Shown piece by piece: positions 60,018 through 64,000 of a DNA stretch of 64,000 bases. Each line of letters starts with the position of its first letter. The first letter of the stretch is position 1. The DNA is from Opitutia bacterium (GTDB taxonomy: Bacteria; Verrucomicrobiota; Verrucomicrobiia; Opitutales; Opitutaceae). The stretch covers positions 32,001 through 96,000 of the forward strand of contig CANJVR010000008.1 of the NCBI GenBank assembly GCA_947478395.1, written 5' to 3'. A program made the translations under genes and the position numbers. The notes beneath the pieces were generated by a model. It did no database searches and was not told the DNA's origin. It saw only the letters and a list, made by a program, of their open reading frames with translations.

Positions 60018-60542
60018 ATGGCGATGAATAAAAACTATCTGATTGTTCCCGCGCTGGCGGTGTCCTCGTTTTTTTCCAGCGGTTGCGTTGGCACCGGCCC
60101 CAACACCCAGCAAGGTGCCGTGACCGGTGGTGCTCTTGGGGCGCTGGCCGGTGCCGTCATCGGTAATAACAGCGGTGGTAATTCACTTGGAGGAGCCGCC
60201 ATTGGCGCGGCGCTCGGTGCGATCGCGGGCGGCACTATGGGCAACAGCGTCGACCACGAGCGCGACACGCTTTATGGCCAAAGCCCGGCACCGCGGTACC
60301 GGTATCGCACCGCTTCGCGCCCACCAACGCCGCCGCCGCCACCCGTCACGCCGGAGCCGTTTTCGGCTCCGCCAGCGTCGAATGCCCTCTGGATTCCCGG
60401 CTACTGGTCCTACGATGGTCAGAGTTACGCGTGGGCGGCGGGCCACTGGGAAATTCCTCCGCCCAATGTTCACGCGTATGTTACGGCGCATTGGGAGGGG
60501 CGCGGCGCCGGTTATGTATTTGTCCCGAGTTACTGGCGCTAA
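60018..60542 (+). CDS. Glycine-zipper lipoprotein with YXWGXW-like repeats
   Basis: Lipobox SSGC, GALGALAGAVIG, WIPGYW...YAWAAGHW. Confidence 0.85.
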   Translation: MAMNKNYLIVPALAVSSFFSSGCVGTGPNTQQGAVTGGALGALAGAVIGNNSGGNSLGGAAIGAALGAIAGGTMGNSVDHERDTLYGQSPAPRYRYRTASRPPTPPPPPVTPEPFSAPPASNALWIPGYWSYDGQSYAWAAGHWEIPPPNVHAYVTAHWEGRGAGYVFVPSYWR

Positions 60543-60632
60543 CATCGACAAGTTCGAAGGCTCCGGGGCCGTTGTTTTCCAATCGGTGACGTGTGCGCTG
60601 GAAAAAAATCCCGCGAGTGCATAGGGTGAGGG

Positions 60633-61628
60633 ATGGTTCCGTTCTCGATTCTTGATTTATGTCCGATCGTGCAGGGCGGCACTGCGGGTGATGCGTTTGA
60701 TCGTACGCTCGATCTGGCGCGTCATGCCGAGGGTTGGGGTTTCCGGCGTTACTGGCTGGCCGAGCACCACAACATGCCGGGTATTGCGAGCGCCGCGACG
60801 GCCGTGGTGATCGCGCACGTGGCGGCCGGCACGTCGACCATTCGGGTTGGCTCCGGCGGCATCATGTTGGCCAATCACGCGCCGTTGGTCATCGCCGAAC
60901 AATTCGGCACGCTCGAATCGCTCTTTCCGGGGCGCATCGATCTCGGCCTCGGGCGTGCGCCAGGAACCGATCAGTTGACGGCCCACGTTTTGCGCCGGGG
61001 AGACCCGAATGGGGCGGACACGTTTCCGCAAGACGTCGTTGAACTGCAGGCTTATTTTCACGAGGGGGCTCCGTCGCAGAAAGTCCGCGCAGTTCCGGGC
61101 ACGGGGCTCGCGGTGCCGATTTGGTTGCTCGGATCTAGTTTGTTCAGCGCACAGCTGGCCGCGGCGTTGGGTCTGCCGTTTGCGTTCGCTTCACACTTTG
61201 CGCCGGATCTTCTGATGGAAGCGCTGGCGATTTATCGCGGCGAATTTCAACCGTCCAAGGCGTATCCGGAGCCGTACGCGATGGCGGCGGTGGCCGCCTA
61301 CGTTGCCGACACGGAAGCCGAGGCCAGCCGTTTGTTTACTTCCCTGCAGCAGAGTTTCGTGCAGCTCCGTCGCGGTCGTCCCGTGCCGCTTCCGCCTCCG
61401 GTGGCGAGCATGGACGGCCGATGGAGCGTCGCTGAAAAGGCGGGGGTCGAGCACGCCTTTCGCGAGGCCATCGTGGGATCACCGGGGATCGCCGAGGGAA
61501 AAATCAACGCTTTCATCGAGCGCACCGGAGTGGACGAACTGCTTTTGACCTCGGCGATTTTCGACCACACGGCGCGCCTCCGCTCGTTTGAGCTGATTGC
61601 GCAGATTCAACGCTCCGTGCGCATTTAA
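60633..61628 (+). CDS. Luciferase-like flavin monooxygenase (YhbW-like)
   Basis: [50 protein letters not shown]. Confidence 0.93.
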   Translation: MVPFSILDLCPIVQGGTAGDAFDRTLDLARHAEGWGFRRYWLAEHHNMPGIASAATAVVIAHVAAGTSTIRVGSGGIMLANHAPLVIAEQFGTLESLFPGRIDLGLGRAPGTDQLTAHVLRRGDPNGADTFPQDVVELQAYFHEGAPSQKVRAVPGTGLAVPIWLLGSSLFSAQLAAALGLPFAFASHFAPDLLMEALAIYRGEFQPSKAYPEPYAMAAVAAYVADTEAEASRLFTSLQQSFVQLRRGRPVPLPPPVASMDGRWSVAEKAGVEHAFREAIVGSPGIAEGKINAFIERTGVDELLLTSAIFDHTARLRSFELIAQIQRSVRI

Positions 61629-61710
61629 AGGCGCCGTCCGAGGTGCGAGGCGTCAGCTCGTGTTCGTCAGCCCGGACCGCGGGCCGAAACCTCGCGCTAT
61701 CTAAGAACCT

Positions 61711-62223
61711 TTATCGCCAGTAACCTTGGACGTAAACGTACGCAGGCCCGCGGCGAACCCAGTGCGGCGTGACGTACGCTCGATGCCGCGGTGGCGGCAT
61801 GATCCAATAGCCGGGAAACCACACATAGCCGCGGCCCGCGTAGCCCCAGTAGCCATCGATCCAAACCATGCCGGCGCTGGGGCGCGGGGTGATCACCTCG
61901 ATGCGCGGCGCTGGCGTGGGCGGCGGCTCCTGCACGACGACGTTGGTCGTGGCTTCGGCCTCGGACTGATAAAGCGTACCGCGTTCGTGGTCGGCGTTGT
62001 TGCCAAGGGTCCCGCCAGCGACCCCGCCGACCAGTGCGCCGATGAGCGCGCCGCCCGCTCCATTGTGGCCGCCGGAATTGTTGCCGATAATTGCGCCCGC
62101 GAGGGCGCCCAGCGCGGCACCCCCGACTGCGCCCTGTTGCGTGTTCGGTCCGGTCCCGACGCAGCCGGATAGCATCGGTAGCAGCGACAGACCGACCAGA
62201 AAAAGAGTGTGGTTGGTTTTCAT
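61711..62223 (-). CDS. Glycine-zipper lipoprotein with YXWGXW-like repeats (paralog)
   Basis: Lipobox LSGC, shared GCVGTGPNTQQGAV, VWIDGYW...YVWFPGYW. Confidence 0.85.
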   Translation of the reverse strand: MKTNHTLFLVGLSLLPMLSGCVGTGPNTQQGAVGGAALGALAGAIIGNNSGGHNGAGGALIGALVGGVAGGTLGNNADHERGTLYQSEAEATTNVVVQEPPPTPAPRIEVITPRPSAGMVWIDGYWGYAGRGYVWFPGYWIMPPPRHRAYVTPHWVRRGPAYVYVQGYWR

Positions 62224-62574
62224 CTCGCGCTTAGATGCACGGCGCGGAAGGGAAGTTCCCCGGGGTTTCCAAGGGGAATCGCGATTTCAGCCCGGAGCCC
62301 CGTCACATCGTTGTCCAGGAGGTGAAACTGCAACGTGGTGAGTGGCTCGAGCGCGCGATCCGGCGTCGCTGCACTCATCAGCTTGCGCGCCAGCACCACG
62401 GTGCGCGGCGATTGTCCCGTCGTGCGGGCGTCCTTGGCCACGTTCGTGGCTGCATCGTATCCGATCGTGGCAGGCGGCGCGGCTCTTAATCAGCTGGAGC
62501 CTGCTTCCGGTCTCCTGACGGACAGTTCGCGGGTTGCATCTTCCCGCGCGCCGCGTCGTCTTTCTCGCACCCTC

Positions 62575-64000
62575 ATGCAAATCTTCCGCCTCCCTCCGGT
62601 CTTGTCGCACGTTCTGCTCGGCTGGCTCGCTTGCGTCGCTTGCACGCTCTCCGCTCTGGCTCAAACCGCTGCGCCGGTTCAACTCATGGTTAACGGGGCC
62701 CCGGCTCAGCCCGGTGATTTCAAGCCGGCCGATGTGAAATCGCTGGTGCTTTCCAACGGGCTGCTCTCGCTCTCTTTCGGCAAGGATTCCAACGGCGATT
62801 TTAGCGCGACGTCGGTGGTAAAAAACGGTCAGGAACTGGCGCATAATCTCCACGGAGTTGAGCCGCGCGACGTCGATGCGCATCGTACGTTCTATCTCGA
62901 TTCCGGCGCGGGCCGCGAGCACCTCGTGGTGGACACGGTGCGCATCGTGAAATACACCCCCGACCTCGCGCACTTCGCCGTGATCGATAACCGCGCGCTG
63001 CACCTGGAACATCATTTTGTAATGCTGCGCGGCGAGAGCGGTGTTCATCCCTACGTCATCGTCCAAAACGCGCCCGGCGCGAACAGCGGCGAGACGCGCA
63101 CGATGTACCGTTTCGACATGGATATTCTCGATTGGGCTTGGACCAAGGAGCGCGTGGGCCGTCAGCCGAAGTATGCTCTGCTCCAATCGATTTCTCCCGC
63201 CGGCAACATGGGCGACGAAACGTGGAAACTGGCCGACGGTTCTGTTTATCAGAAATACGACTACGCGCTCTACTACGCGGACAGCCCGATGTGGGGTCAT
63301 TTCGGCCACGGCTTCGGCGTATTCTTCATTCCGACGAGCACGGAGTCCTACGCCGGCGGCCCCCTGCGCCACGAACTCGCGGTGCACCAGGACGCTTTGA
63401 TCTTAAATTATATCGGCGGCGGGCACTTTGGCGGCGGCGGTCCCGCCACCAGTCGCACCGGCGCGAAAATCCACGGTCCGTGGTTTCTCTACTTCAACAC
63501 CGGCCCGAATCAGGAAGCCATCATCGCCGATGCGCTGAAGGTCGCCGCCGCCGAGAAACAGAAATGGCCCTACACCTGGGTTGAAGAGCCGCTCTATCCG
63601 GTGAAGCGCACGGCCGTCACTGGACAGCTCAAGCTTTCGCACAATCGTTCCACCGCTTCCGCCTACGTGATTTTGGGCCAGCCCAGCAACCCGGTGGCGC
63701 AGCGCGGCGGCGGTGGTGGGGCCCGCGGCCCTGGCGGCCCCGCTCGCAATGGGCCCCCTCGTGCAGCCGAGGCGCCCGCGGCGCCGGGCGCGCCCGAAAT
63801 CGATCCGGCGAGTCGCAGCGACGGCGCCAATCTGGCGGGCGGTCCCGGTGGACGCGGCGCTCCGGCGGGCGCGGTCGGCGCCCCCGATCGCGCAAGTGCG
63901 ATCTACAATCAGGGCGGCGATTACATCTTCTACGTCCAGGCCGATACCAATGGAAAGTTCACTTTGCCCGCAGTGCGGCCCGGCACGTACACGTTGTATG
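62575..64000 (+). CDS. Polysaccharide lyase family 4 (rhamnogalacturonan lyase, RhiE-like), truncated by window end
   Basis: Manually translated open frame from ATG 62575: signal peptide, DETWKLADGSVYQKYDY, GGPLRHELAVHQDALILNY..GGHFG, GPWFLYFN, WPYTW, GKFTLPAVRPGTYTLY. Confidence 0.88.
   Translation, partial: MQIFRLPPVLSHVLLGWLACVACTLSALAQTAAPVQLMVNGAPAQPGDFKPADVKSLVLSNGLLSLSFGKDSNGDFSATSVVKNGQELAHNLHGVEPRDVDAHRTFYLDSGAGREHLVVDTVRIVKYTPDLAHFAVIDNRALHLEHHFVMLRGESGVHPYVIVQNAPGANSGETRTMYRFDMDILDWAWTKERVGRQPKYALLQSISPAGNMGDETWKLADGSVYQKYDYALYYADSPMWGHFGHGFGVFFIPTSTESYAGGPLRHELAVHQDALILNYIGGGHFGGGGPATSRTGAKIHGPWFLYFNTGPNQEAIIADALKVAAAEKQKWPYTWVEEPLYPVKRTAVTGQLKLSHNRSTASAYVILGQPSNPVAQRGGGGGARGPGGPARNGPPRAAEAPAAPGAPEIDPASRSDGANLAGGPGGRGAPAGAVGAPDRASAIYNQGGDYIFYVQADTNGKFTLPAVRPGTYTLY

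Overview
GC-rich bacterial chromosomal window, mostly housekeeping genes. Gene content (RNase HIII, DUF1592/DUF1552 pair, short HemA, glycine-zipper/YXWGXW lipoproteins) suggests Verrucomicrobiota, probably Opitutaceae; this is inference, no database search was run. Recognisable genes include pyk, folE2, dnaE, rpsU, mutY, rnhC, rnhB, dcp, engB, rlmJ, lipA, lipB, lysS, lolC/E-lolD, lpxB, hemA and tgt. No rRNA, tRNA, CRISPR array, transposase or prophage was seen. Best candidates for new biology: (1) a TGT fused to an MnmD-like amine methyltransferase, with an altered anticodon-binding motif, possibly making N-methyl-preQ1 at tRNA position 34; (2) a PTPS-II/FolE2/sepiapterin-reductase-like cluster resembling a tetrahydrobiopterin pathway; (3) a WYL regulator facing an unknown, apparently leaderless gene across a palindromic site; (4) several dispersed repeat families, one inserted in frame in DnaE and an RsmB-like enzyme; (5) a uORF plus long RNA hairpin upstream of hsp20. 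A PL4 lyase gene running off the window end is absent from the ORF track.
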